Shown: one piece after another, positions 10,925 to 19,842 of the stretch
How the letters are laid out: every line of letters begins with the position of its first letter
Position numbering within the stretch: position 1 is the stretch's first letter
From: an uncultured Bacteroidota bacterium
GTDB lineage: Bacteria > Bacteroidota > Ignavibacteria > UBA10030 > UBA6906
Direction of reading: 5' to 3'
Length of the DNA: 64,000 nucleotides
NCBI GenBank assembly: GCA_963700635.1
Contig: CAVOYH010000003.1
Coordinates: 992,001-1,056,000, forward strand
Made by a program: the position numbers and the translations under genes
The notes under the pieces: generated by a model
The model's input: only the letters and a program-made list of their open reading frames with translations
Database searches by the model: none
What the model was told of the DNA's origin: nothing

Positions 10925-11905
10925 ATGATCGGTGAAAGTATATCGCAGCACAAAATCCTGCGCAAGCTTGGTGAAGGGGGGATGGGGGTAGTTTATAGTG
11001 CTCGTGACACGAAGCTCGACCGCGATGTTGCCCTGAAGTTTCTCCCCCCGCACCTCTCTCCTTCAGGGGAAGAAAATTCTCGCTTCGATCGGGAAGCGAA
11101 AGCCACATCCGCGCTCAATCACCCCCGCATTGCCACCATCTTCGATGTCGATGAAGTGGAGGGGCAGAAGTACCTGGTCCTGGAATATATTCCGGGAGGT
11201 ACGCTCAGGGCAAAGCTGTTTCAACCTAAAGCACAGGGCAAGCGGTTCACGATTGCCGAGGTGTTGGGGCTTGGCATGCAGATTACCGAAGGACTCGTCC
11301 ACGCGCACAATCATGGGATCATCCACCGTGATCTGAAGAGCGAAAATATCATGTTGACGGATGAGGGGCGTGTAAAAATCGCCGATTTTGGCCTGGCAAA
11401 ACTCCAGGGAGGTTTGCAGATTACGCAATCGGGCAATACCATGGGGACAACCGGGTATGCATCACCGGAGCAGATTCGAAGATGCGATAACGTCGTTCCG
11501 GAAGTCCCTAGTGTTCGACCCAATGGTACCTGAAGTTCATCGGTGGATTGCAAAAGTGTATGTGGCAATGGACATGTATGAGAGCGCCTTCGAGCACTGG
11601 CGCAAGGCGGGGGAAGTTGATGTTGATCAGCTGTGGGAGGCCTACCAGAAAGGTGGAAGGAGAGGTCTCTGGCAGAAACAGCTTGCGCTATCACAGGATA
11701 CTTCAGGGAGGGGTGCAGTGTCCCCTGCACTGTAGCGGCAATCTACAGTCACCTGCAAAGGAACGATATGGCATTTGAGTGGCTGGACAAGGCCCGGGAA
11801 GAAGGTTCTGTTCCATTGTCGATAAAGGTCAATCCGGAGTTTGACAATATCCGAACTGATCCTAGGTTCGCCATTGTGCTGAAGAGCATCGGGCTGCAGG
11901 AGTAA
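10925..11905 (+). pseudogene. Internally deleted Ser/Thr kinase-TPR pseudogene
   Basis: Kinase subdomains I-VIII end at YASPEQIR and join out of frame to terminal TPRs (RFEDAITSFRK...); second shift near 11722; typical family C-terminus DNIRTDPRF. Confidence 0.85.
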
Positions 11906-12007
11906 TCGCGGGCGAGGTTCGTTGCCGGCCTGAACACCCGACGTCGGACGGCCGCCCCTGCAGGTGTCGGAGGATATGGCCGGGTCGAAAATGCAGTGTA
12001 TGGGTTC

Positions 12008-14605
12008 TCACCGGGAATACTTCTCAAGCAGTCTACTAAATCCGGCCTCGTTCCGGATGTGGTCCCACTGCGGATCCATCCGGAGAAACGCAACCGATAT
12101 CCATGACGGGATGGAAAGGAGGTAATCGAGGCGTTCTATGGCCGCTTCGGTCTCTCCGGTCAGCGCATAGATAAAGGCAAGGTCCTCGACGTAAGGAATC
12201 CCGTAAAATGCGTCCCGGGAGACCGGCAGGAGCTCCACCGCTTTCTTTCCTTCCCGTATTGCATCCTCTTTTCGGCCGAGGGCGGCGTAGGCTATGCCAA
12301 GCGAACTGTGATACCGCGGATCGTTCGGCCATTGCCTGACCTCTGCTTCCAGCATTGATCGTGCTGAGTCGTACGCCGTACGGGATATTTCCCTCTCCCC
12401 CGATAGTCTGCGGGCATAGGCAACCAGAAGTAACTTCGGCATCGCCCAGCATTTGTTGCGAATCCACGCGTCAGGCGATGAGGAAAGTCTCTCGATGGCC
12501 TGCCGGTAGTTCCGTTCAAACATGTCCTGCCAGTACCACACCCATGGTGCCCAGTCATGCGTGGGCGGGACGGCGCCAATGAGAGTCCTGGATTCCGCAT
12601 TGGCGCCCTTCCAGCTCCAGATCGAAAAGACCTTGACGAGATAGGGCCAGGCGTCATCCGGCGCCAGCGCGATGGCCACATTGCTCGTCTTGACAGCCTC
12701 TTCATATTTACGCAGGACCCAGTACTTTTCGGCCAGATCGACCGCCAGCGATGCATCACGCGGACTGAGTTCGAACGCTTTTTGAGTGCTTTCCATGGCT
12801 TCCACCCAGCGCCCGGCAATTGAGGAAACCGCCCCTTTGGCCTCAAGGATCTCGACATTGTGAGGCATCCCCCTTTCGGCAATGGAGAATTGCTCGAGTG
12901 CTTTTTCCGGGTCCCGGCGAGCATAAAGGTAATAGTACCCGAGGGCAAGGTGAACACCAGGCATCTCCGGTGCCAGGGCCACTGCCTGTTGAGCCGCACG
13001 GGAGGCCAATTGCAGCCGATCGGGGGAATGATCCTGCCAGAGGTAGTAGAGGCGGGAATGCGCGTATGCAAGTTCTGCAAAAGCCAGCGCGAACCCGCTG
13101 TCGAGTTCAGTTGCCTGCTGGTACGCCTCCACCACCCGTAACCAGTTTGCGACCGTGAAATGTGGCCGGCTCCTGAAGTACCTTGCGCGCAGGAAGGCCT
13201 GATAGGCTTCGAGATTTCTTGTCGGAGGCACTTCGACACTCTTCCGCTCCGATGAAAGGAGTGTAACACCCAGTCGCTCCGCTACCTTCTGGGATATTTC
13301 CGATTGAAGTACGAAGATATCATCAATCACCCGGTCGTACGTCTCGGCCCAGATGGTGGTCCTGTCGGAAGCACGGGTAAGGTTCGAATTTATCCGTACG
13401 CGGCTTGGACCCCCTTGAGACGGGGCCCAGCGAACAGCTCCCTCCAGCATGTACTCGACGCCCAGCTCCCGCGCAATCTGTTCCATCGGTTTGTCCGTCC
13501 TGGCGTACTGGACTGCACTGGTCCGTGAGATGACCCTCAGGTTACTGAGGGAGGAGAGACGGCTCGTCAGTTCTTCGGTCATCCCGTCGGTGAAATACTC
13601 ATTCTCTGCCGGGCCCAGGTTCTCAAAGGGGAGAACAACCAGTCTACTAACCGGAGGGTAGTCCTTCATCCCGGGTCCACGCATGAAATACCCGATTACT
13701 GTCGCCATGCTTGCGAGAAGGAGAACTGCTGACGCGACCACCCAGCCTCTTTTCACCCTGCGCCACCCTCCCCGGCGTCGTGTTTCCGGCACGGTTGCTG
13801 AGTGGTCTTTTCTTACGCGTCCCAGATCGTATTCGAATTCGTCCATGCGCTGATAACGTTGGGAGGGTTCCTTCTTCAAGGCCTTCCGGATGACTTCTTC
13901 CAGCTGAGATTCGATGCCCGTGATGGGCTTTGCCTCTTCGTTCAATATGGAGTATACCAATGCCTGCTCGTAGTCGCTCTTGAAGGGTGGATGACCGGCG
14001 ATCATTTCGTACAGCACAACACCCAGCGACCAGATGTCGCTTCGTTGATCGACTTCGCTCCCCCGTGCCTGCTCCGGCGACATATAGGTCACAGTCCCCA
14101 GGGTAGAACCAGCCCTGGTGAGCTTTGTTTGTCGGGCGAGCTTCGCCAGCCCGAAATCCACGACTTTTACCGCCCCCTCGATTGTAAGCATGATATTGGC
14201 CGGCTTGACGTCGCGGTGAATGATCCCCCGCTCATGCGCACTGGCAAGCCCGCGGGCCACCTGAATGGCGATATCGATGGCCAGGTCAATCGGAAGCGGG
14301 CCTCGTTCGATCTTCTTCTTCAGCGTCTCGCCTTCAAGACATTCCATACTGATGAACATCTGTCCGTCACCGGTCTCATCAATGTCGTGCACGACACAGA
14401 TGTTAGGGTGCTGGAGGGACGACGCGGCTTGCGCTTCGTGGACAAACCGCGCTTTGGCCTCAGCGTCAGTGGTGAGTGCAGGAGGGAGGAACTTGAGTGC
14501 GACGGGGCGGTTGAGCCTCAGGTCCTGGGCTTTGTAGACCACGCCCATGCCTCCGCCGCCGAGATGCTCGAGGATTGTATAGTGTGAGACCGATGTGCCG
14601 ACCAT
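12008..14605 (-). CDS. Ser/Thr kinase-TM-TolB-like-TPR protein
   Basis: HRDVKPAN, DFG, YMSPEQ; VLPFENLG...YFTDGMTEEL; TPR repeats; paralogue of 8045..10663. Confidence 0.93.
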   Translation of the reverse strand: MVGTSVSHYTILEHLGGGGMGVVYKAQDLRLNRPVALKFLPPALTTDAEAKARFVHEAQAASSLQHPNICVVHDIDETGDGQMFISMECLEGETLKKKIERGPLPIDLAIDIAIQVARGLASAHERGIIHRDVKPANIMLTIEGAVKVVDFGLAKLARQTKLTRAGSTLGTVTYMSPEQARGSEVDQRSDIWSLGVVLYEMIAGHPPFKSDYEQALVYSILNEEAKPITGIESQLEEVIRKALKKEPSQRYQRMDEFEYDLGRVRKDHSATVPETRRRGGWRRVKRGWVVASAVLLLASMATVIGYFMRGPGMKDYPPVSRLVVLPFENLGPAENEYFTDGMTEELTSRLSSLSNLRVISRTSAVQYARTDKPMEQIARELGVEYMLEGAVRWAPSQGGPSRVRINSNLTRASDRTTIWAETYDRVIDDIFVLQSEISQKVAERLGVTLLSSERKSVEVPPTRNLEAYQAFLRARYFRSRPHFTVANWLRVVEAYQQATELDSGFALAFAELAYAHSRLYYLWQDHSPDRLQLASRAAQQAVALAPEMPGVHLALGYYYLYARRDPEKALEQFSIAERGMPHNVEILEAKGAVSSIAGRWVEAMESTQKAFELSPRDASLAVDLAEKYWVLRKYEEAVKTSNVAIALAPDDAWPYLVKVFSIWSWKGANAESRTLIGAVPPTHDWAPWVWYWQDMFERNYRQAIERLSSSPDAWIRNKCWAMPKLLLVAYARRLSGEREISRTAYDSARSMLEAEVRQWPNDPRYHSSLGIAYAALGRKEDAIREGKKAVELLPVSRDAFYGIPYVEDLAFIYALTGETEAAIERLDYLLSIPSWISVAFLRMDPQWDHIRNEAGFSRLLEKYSR

Positions 14606-14686
14606 GGTGCCTCCGGTGGAGTCGGCCAGTAAGTGACTGCTGGTCTGGAGAAAAGATACTGCGGGTGGAGGGGAAAGTCAAACAAC
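14304..14686. repeat. Direct repeat copy 2: kinase N-lobe, leader and promoter
   Basis: Matches 10362-10750 (offset 3942 in the coding part). Confidence 0.9.
14653..14681 (-). promoter_or_regulatory. sigma70-type promoter
   Basis: TTGACT-N17-TATCTT on the minus strand. Confidence 0.7.
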
Positions 14687-14724
14687 ACACCGCACGATTT
14701 CAGCATTATAACCCACCGACAAAT

Positions 14725-16080
14725 TCAGCCGTCGGCGGGGCCGAGAGACTCTGCAATCCAGGCCAGGTTCTTCAGCGGGACAAATCCATAATTGTAGAAA
14801 TTGAAACTTGTTATGCCCATCTCCCGCGCGGTTTTTACCCGGTCCAGGAATTCGGTTTTTGCGCCACTTTCAAGCATCCCCACCTGGATCCCGACTGTAA
14901 TGTCCCGGCCGGGGATCATCGCCTGCAGCTGAGAGAGAGGCGCACGCAGGGCGGCGCCGTCCCTCACATAGCCGAGCATCAGGACACCACCTGTGATCGC
15001 CGCAACCCGCTCCGGGTTCATCCCCACCATCGTGCGCACAACGGGATCGGGTGAGACCATCGGCCGCACCGTCACGGTTCCAGCTGCTTCCGTCACCTCC
15101 TGAACCAGCGACGCTACAACATTGGTCCGCCAATCCATGAAGGGTTGAAACAGTCCCGAAGGCAAGGCTTCAAGGGCGGGATACCGCCCGGCTACCGCCT
15201 CGGGATCGACAAAACACTCTTCAAGAGTGTTCCGGACAAACTCGCGGATGGGTTTCAGATTCAATCCTGTCAGTTGAGCCCGCTTCGCACAGGAATCACA
15301 GAAACAGAGTCCGAGCAGAAACCGCGGTATTGCGCCAAGCAGGATGCCTTCACGTTCATGATGCTCGCCGTGCGTATACCCCTGAAATTGGAGCGCCTCC
15401 AGTTCGATCGCCGAAACACCCTGGCCGGCAATGTCGCGCACCAGTGCGCGGAGATACGTCCGGACGTCATCATTGGACGGACAGAGGTTATGATAGAGTG
15501 GATCGCCGAATGCCGTCCGTGTGACAATTGAAGGATACGTCCTGCCGAGAGGAGTGTTGTGACAGCAGACCACCCAGCTGCGTGTTTCGAGTCCGAACCG
15601 TTCGGCCTGCTGCTGCACCTTCTTCAGGTCGTGTCCTTTATCAACAAGACTGTTTACACGCGGCTTGATCTTACCGTAGAGCCCGGGGTTCGGTCGGAAG
15701 TACACGGTGCCATCTTCCAGGAACACCACCTTCCGTTTTGGATTGTGGGGTGCAAGGAATTTGCCGGCATGATAGGCCGTTGCCAGACTGATACCCGTAA
15801 GCCGGTGTTCTTTCAGACGGCGGAAAACAGTATCGTACCCTTCATCAACGATATCCCAGAGATAGATCCAGATCGTCCCACGGAGACGCGAATCCAACTC
15901 CGGATTCTGATCCTGGGCGAACCGATCACGTTGTGCTGGCTGGAGGAGCAGGTCAGTGTTTTCGGAAGCGCTGCCGGGCGGCCGGACCACCGGCATGAGC
16001 GAAGCCAGAAGCGTGCTGGCGCCGCTCGCTGCGAGCGGGAGTCCCGCAAGAGCACGGAGGAACAGACGGCGGGTTGTCAT
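14725..16080 (-). CDS. Tat-exported hypothetical protein, probable glycoside-hydrolase-like TIM barrel
   Basis: TRRLFL twin-arginine signal; AYH, CCHN, LCP, ELE and LCFCDSC motifs. Confidence 0.6.
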   Translation of the reverse strand: MTTRRLFLRALAGLPLAASGASTLLASLMPVVRPPGSASENTDLLLQPAQRDRFAQDQNPELDSRLRGTIWIYLWDIVDEGYDTVFRRLKEHRLTGISLATAYHAGKFLAPHNPKRKVVFLEDGTVYFRPNPGLYGKIKPRVNSLVDKGHDLKKVQQQAERFGLETRSWVVCCHNTPLGRTYPSIVTRTAFGDPLYHNLCPSNDDVRTYLRALVRDIAGQGVSAIELEALQFQGYTHGEHHEREGILLGAIPRFLLGLCFCDSCAKRAQLTGLNLKPIREFVRNTLEECFVDPEAVAGRYPALEALPSGLFQPFMDWRTNVVASLVQEVTEAAGTVTVRPMVSPDPVVRTMVGMNPERVAAITGGVLMLGYVRDGAALRAPLSQLQAMIPGRDITVGIQVGMLESGAKTEFLDRVKTAREMGITSFNFYNYGFVPLKNLAWIAESLGPADG

Positions 16081-16089
16081 ACGGTGCTC

Positions 16090-17130
16090 CTATTCCTCGT
16101 CAATGACCCATGTATCAAGGAGGTTCTCCGGTATTCCGGAAATAAATCTCGACGGTTTGGAGAGAATCAGACCTGAGTCCCGGTCGTAGATATTGATCGG
16201 GTAGGTGATAAAAAGATTGTCCTTGGCGCGCGTACAGGCCACATACATCAGGCGTCGCTCTTCTTCCATTGTCTCTTCACTCATGGCAGCCCGCGTGCTG
16301 GGGAACCGGCCGTCAAGGGCATAGATCACAAACACCGAGTTCCACTCAAGTCCCTTGGCGCTGTGGATTGTGGAGAGAATCAGTCTTTCGTCTTCTGCGC
16401 TTGCCGGCGTCAGGTCCGCAACACTTTCGTTCGCCGGTTCGAGACTCAGATCGGTGAGGAACGATCCCAGAGCGCGGTACCGTTCGGCGATCTGCTGGAA
16501 CATTTCCAGATCTTTTTTCCGTTTGTTGAAGTCATCGTATCGCCTGGTGAAAATCGGCTCGTAGTATCCGAGAAGCTGCTGAATCTTGTCGGCGGGTGAA
16601 AGGTGAGCCGGGGCGACTTCCGTGAGCACGGTAAACAGTTCGCGCACTTTCTCAGGATAGCTGTTAAACTGCGACCAGAATGCCGGTAGCGTCGTGTCCG
16701 TTGCGTCACGTTCTGCGGAGACCCGACGCGCCACAATGTCCTCGATAACTTTTTCTGCCGTTCGCGGACCCACCCCATCCACGAGCAACAGGATCCGGTT
16801 CCATGCCACCGCATCACGGGGGTTCTCCAGGACGCGGAGGTAGGCGACAAGATCTTTGATATGCGCAGTCTCGATGAACTTGAATCCCCCGAATTTTACA
16901 AAAGGAATATTGGCCTTGTTGAGTTCGATCTCCAGATCAAAGGAAAGATAACTTGACCGGAACAGGACAGCCATGTCCTGGAGGGCGATACCCTGTTCGC
17001 GGAGTTCAAGGATCTTCTGGATGACGAAACGGGACTGGAGGTTTTCCGTTTGCGCCACAACGATGTTCGGCAGGTCGCCACCCGGACGTTGCGTGAAGAG
17101 CTCTTTGCTGTATTTGTGGCGTGTTGTCAT
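16090..17130 (-). CDS. UvrD/PcrA-family helicase, C-terminal half
   Basis: MAVLFRS, LSTIHSAKGLEW (motif V), EEERRLMYVACTRAK (motif VI), PSRFI. Confidence 0.88.
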   Translation of the reverse strand: MTTRHKYSKELFTQRPGGDLPNIVVAQTENLQSRFVIQKILELREQGIALQDMAVLFRSSYLSFDLEIELNKANIPFVKFGGFKFIETAHIKDLVAYLRVLENPRDAVAWNRILLLVDGVGPRTAEKVIEDIVARRVSAERDATDTTLPAFWSQFNSYPEKVRELFTVLTEVAPAHLSPADKIQQLLGYYEPIFTRRYDDFNKRKKDLEMFQQIAERYRALGSFLTDLSLEPANESVADLTPASAEDERLILSTIHSAKGLEWNSVFVIYALDGRFPSTRAAMSEETMEEERRLMYVACTRAKDNLFITYPINIYDRDSGLILSKPSRFISGIPENLLDTWVIDEE

Positions 17131-17164
17131 CAGTGTCCGTATGTTGTGGAGCGAGGTGTGACCA

Positions 17165-17210
17165 TGTCTGACGCATTCAGATGGAGGAGGAGTGTCTGAT
17201 TCCGTTCAGA
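17165..17210. repeat. Pair of similar short inverted repeats TCTGA-N5/6-TCAGA
   Basis: TGTCTGACGCATTCAGA (17165-17181) and TGTCTGATTCCGTTCAGA (17193-17210). Confidence 0.55.
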
Positions 17211-17249
17211 GGAACCCACTCACATCCGGAGCGCACCATCGCAGGAGTT

Positions 17250-18206
17250 CTAGTTCAAACTCCGACCGATTGACGCGATGTGTTCCGGAGTGGTGCCGCA
17301 GCATCCTCCTACGATGGAAGCCCCCTGTGTGATCCACTCCGCTGCCAGGCGGCCGTACTCTCCGGCATCAACGTCCTCGATCAGCTCTTCCTTACGTTCA
17401 TCTCCGGGCCGGCCGGCGTTCCCGTAGGCGGCGATGAAAGGGCGATAGTCCGGCGCTACCATGCCGGGTATGCCCGCTCCCACCGCTACTTCTGGTATCA
17501 TCCTGTGTTTCTGCAGGATCCGCTGCAATTCCGCAAGCGGTTTTGTTATCGAACGTGCGGCAACACAGTTGACGCTGTAGCCCGCCGGTTTACACGGGAA
17601 GGTTGCAGTAACAGCCGCTTCCAGGCTCTCGCCGCCATACAGCATGCCGTCCGGTGTACAGAGGAAACTCAGCACCACTTCCTTCCCGGTTGCAGCAGCG
17701 GCTTCACATACATGCAGGGCTTCCCGGACCGTGCCGAATGTTTCAAGGAGCAGAAAATCCGCACCGGCATCGGCAAGCCGGCGGGCCTGCAGGGCATGTT
17801 CTTCCGCGAGTTCGGAGTCTGCGGGAACCAGGTCGGGCCTGTAACAATCCTCCAGAGGCGCAAGAGAGCCGGCAACAAGAATATCCCGTCCGGGAAACCG
17901 ATACCGCGCGGCAAGGGCCAGATCCACCGCGCGGCGGGTAAGTTCTTCCGACCGGTCGATGATGCCCGCACGACGGAATGTCCGCGGCGTTGTCCGGAAC
18001 GTATTGGAGGTAAGAATGTGCGCACCGGCGGAGATGTAGTCGATATGAATCTGCGACACCAGATCGGCCGCATCCAGGAGTGCGCGGGCTGACCAGAGAG
18101 GGAGTATGGTATTCGCTCCACGCTTCTGGAGTTCCGTGCCCATGGCGCCGTCCAGAAGCAACACCGTGTGTTTGGCCAGCAGAGCCGACAACGGACCGGG
18201 CATCAT
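17250..18206 (-). CDS. Homocysteine S-methyltransferase family protein
   Basis: LLDGAMGTEL, HIDYISAGA, ETF, VNC and IVGGCCGTTPEHI zinc-ligand motifs. Confidence 0.92.
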   Translation of the reverse strand: MMPGPLSALLAKHTVLLLDGAMGTELQKRGANTILPLWSARALLDAADLVSQIHIDYISAGAHILTSNTFRTTPRTFRRAGIIDRSEELTRRAVDLALAARYRFPGRDILVAGSLAPLEDCYRPDLVPADSELAEEHALQARRLADAGADFLLLETFGTVREALHVCEAAAATGKEVVLSFLCTPDGMLYGGESLEAAVTATFPCKPAGYSVNCVAARSITKPLAELQRILQKHRMIPEVAVGAGIPGMVAPDYRPFIAAYGNAGRPGDERKEELIEDVDAGEYGRLAAEWITQGASIVGGCCGTTPEHIASIGRSLN

Positions 18207-19189
18207 GCCCGCGCTCTCCGCAGGATTTCATTCGTGAGATTCAGGATCGGCTGTGTGCTCCGGTAGTTTTCTTCCAGTTTGATGATGGTGCAGCCGGGGT
18301 ATTGTTCGGGGTACTCCAGGATGTTCTGCACGGTAGCGCCGCGGAAGGCATAGATCGCCTGCGCGTCATCTCCCACCACCATCACATTGCCGTTCTTCCG
18401 GGCCAGGAGCCAGACAATTTCAGCCTGCACGCGGTTTGTATCCTGGTATTCATCCACCATGATGTACTTGTACCGGTCGGCAAGCGTGAGCCGCACACGT
18501 TCATGGTCGCGCAGGAGTGTCCGCAGGTGGACAAGCAGATCATCATAGTCCATCAGGTTGTGGGCGGCCTTGTATGCATCGTAGGCTTTGTGGAGGGCCG
18601 TGATCTCCGGCAGCAATTCCTCGAAATGCGGGTAGTCCTCTTTGAGCACATCATGCAGCGGCGTAGAAGTATTGACCGTGCGCGAGAAAATGTCGAAGAG
18701 AGTCTTCTTGCGCGGAAACCGCCGTTCGCGTGTGTCCAGCTTCAGGCGGGTGCGGAGGAGGTTCACCACGTCTTCGGCATCGGACTGATCCAGTATGGTA
18801 AACGACGACTGGTAGCCCAGCAGCGGTGCGTACTGACGGAGAATCAGATTGGCGAACGAATGGAACGTCCCGCCTGCCACACGCTCACATCGTGCATCCA
18901 GGAGCATGCTTGCTCGACGGAGCATCTCCTGTGCGGCGCGGCGTGTGAATGTGAGGAGCAGAATCGATTCCGGTTTTACGCCCAGCTCCACGAGGTACGC
19001 CACGCGGTAGGTAATCGCACGGGTTTTCCCCGTGCCTGCACCCGCGACGATAAGGTGGGGGCCGTTCACAGAACTGACCGCGGCGTACTGTGCCGGATTC
19101 AGCGCATTCCGATAGTCGATCTGAAACTGGCGGCCGGGTTCTGGTCCGACAACCTCCGCGGGTGTTTTCTTAATGACGTACTTTTTCAC
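18203..19189 (-). CDS. UvrD/PcrA-family helicase, N-terminal half
   Basis: LNPAQ Q-motif, AGAGTGKT Walker A, LTFT, TFHS, VDEYQD Walker B, VGDDAQAIY, LEENYRS; stops about 17 codons after NYRS. Confidence 0.9.
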   Translation of the reverse strand: MKKYVIKKTPAEVVGPEPGRQFQIDYRNALNPAQYAAVSSVNGPHLIVAGAGTGKTRAITYRVAYLVELGVKPESILLLTFTRRAAQEMLRRASMLLDARCERVAGGTFHSFANLILRQYAPLLGYQSSFTILDQSDAEDVVNLLRTRLKLDTRERRFPRKKTLFDIFSRTVNTSTPLHDVLKEDYPHFEELLPEITALHKAYDAYKAAHNLMDYDDLLVHLRTLLRDHERVRLTLADRYKYIMVDEYQDTNRVQAEIVWLLARKNGNVMVVGDDAQAIYAFRGATVQNILEYPEQYPGCTIIKLEENYRSTQPILNLTNEILRRARA

Positions 19190-19842
19190 GATGGCCGTTC
19201 TGCCGGTTCAAATGTTACCAGCGCGCCGTTCCGTTCCACCAGCTCCCTGATCCGGTCTTCCGCACTCCGCCGGACTTCTTCCAGAATGCCCGACCGTTCC
19301 GCTTTGGAACGGGCAGTTGACTGGAGTGTCCTGACGGCATTGGTCCGGTCTTCCTCCGACAGGCGGTTCCACCATCCGTTTTCATCCAGCAACACAACAA
19401 ATGAGTCCATCTGCATCGACAACAACTCCGGCTCCGGCAGTCGAGCCTTCACGCTGAGAGGCGAGGGAATGATCTCGATGTCAAAGGGTCTCTTCAGATT
19501 GTAGCCGGCTTTTGCGGTGAATGTTCCCCGGACATGAAGAATTTTTGTGCTTCCGAGCCAGGTGTGTGACCAATCGTGATCCACCAGAAGGGGGCGGGAG
19601 ACTGTGGCGACTTCAAGAATGGGTGAGCTCTGCTCGATGATCACCGTTTCGTTGATCGTAACGCGCGGTGTTACCTGGAACATCGTCTTGAGTCCGTCGG
19701 CGGTGGCCCGTGCAAGTTCGGCCGGTGCATGGATGAGAAGGCGATAGGCCACAACGGTGCCGCCGATGAACATCAGCGTCGCAAGGATACCCATGATGGT
19801 AACAGCGCGGATACCTCTGGCTTCTGAACCGGAACCGTTCAT
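19186..19842 (-). CDS. DUF4230-like membrane-anchored protein
   Basis: N-terminal TM; G-F-AKAGYNL, LPEPELLS, GILEE pattern; ATGA overlap with the upstream gene. Confidence 0.6.
   Translation of the reverse strand: MNGSGSEARGIRAVTIMGILATLMFIGGTVVAYRLLIHAPAELARATADGLKTMFQVTPRVTINETVIIEQSSPILEVATVSRPLLVDHDWSHTWLGSTKILHVRGTFTAKAGYNLKRPFDIEIIPSPLSVKARLPEPELLSMQMDSFVVLLDENGWWNRLSEEDRTNAVRTLQSTARSKAERSGILEEVRRSAEDRIRELVERNGALVTFEPAERPS

Noticed and set aside
10362-14686. Kinase repeats as a DGR template/variable pair
   Set aside because: Both copies are coding 5' ends, mismatches are few and mostly synonymous, and no reverse transcriptase is present
17123-18212. Block within the helicase as an IS, intron or intein
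   Set aside because: No transposase, reverse transcriptase or homing endonuclease; no terminal inverted repeats; in-frame stop present
18080-19504. Long antisense ORFs (474 aa here; also 36779..37930, 47755..48735, 54240..55256, 62503..63738)
   Set aside because: Shadow frames of well-supported genes in GC-rich DNA, with no motifs
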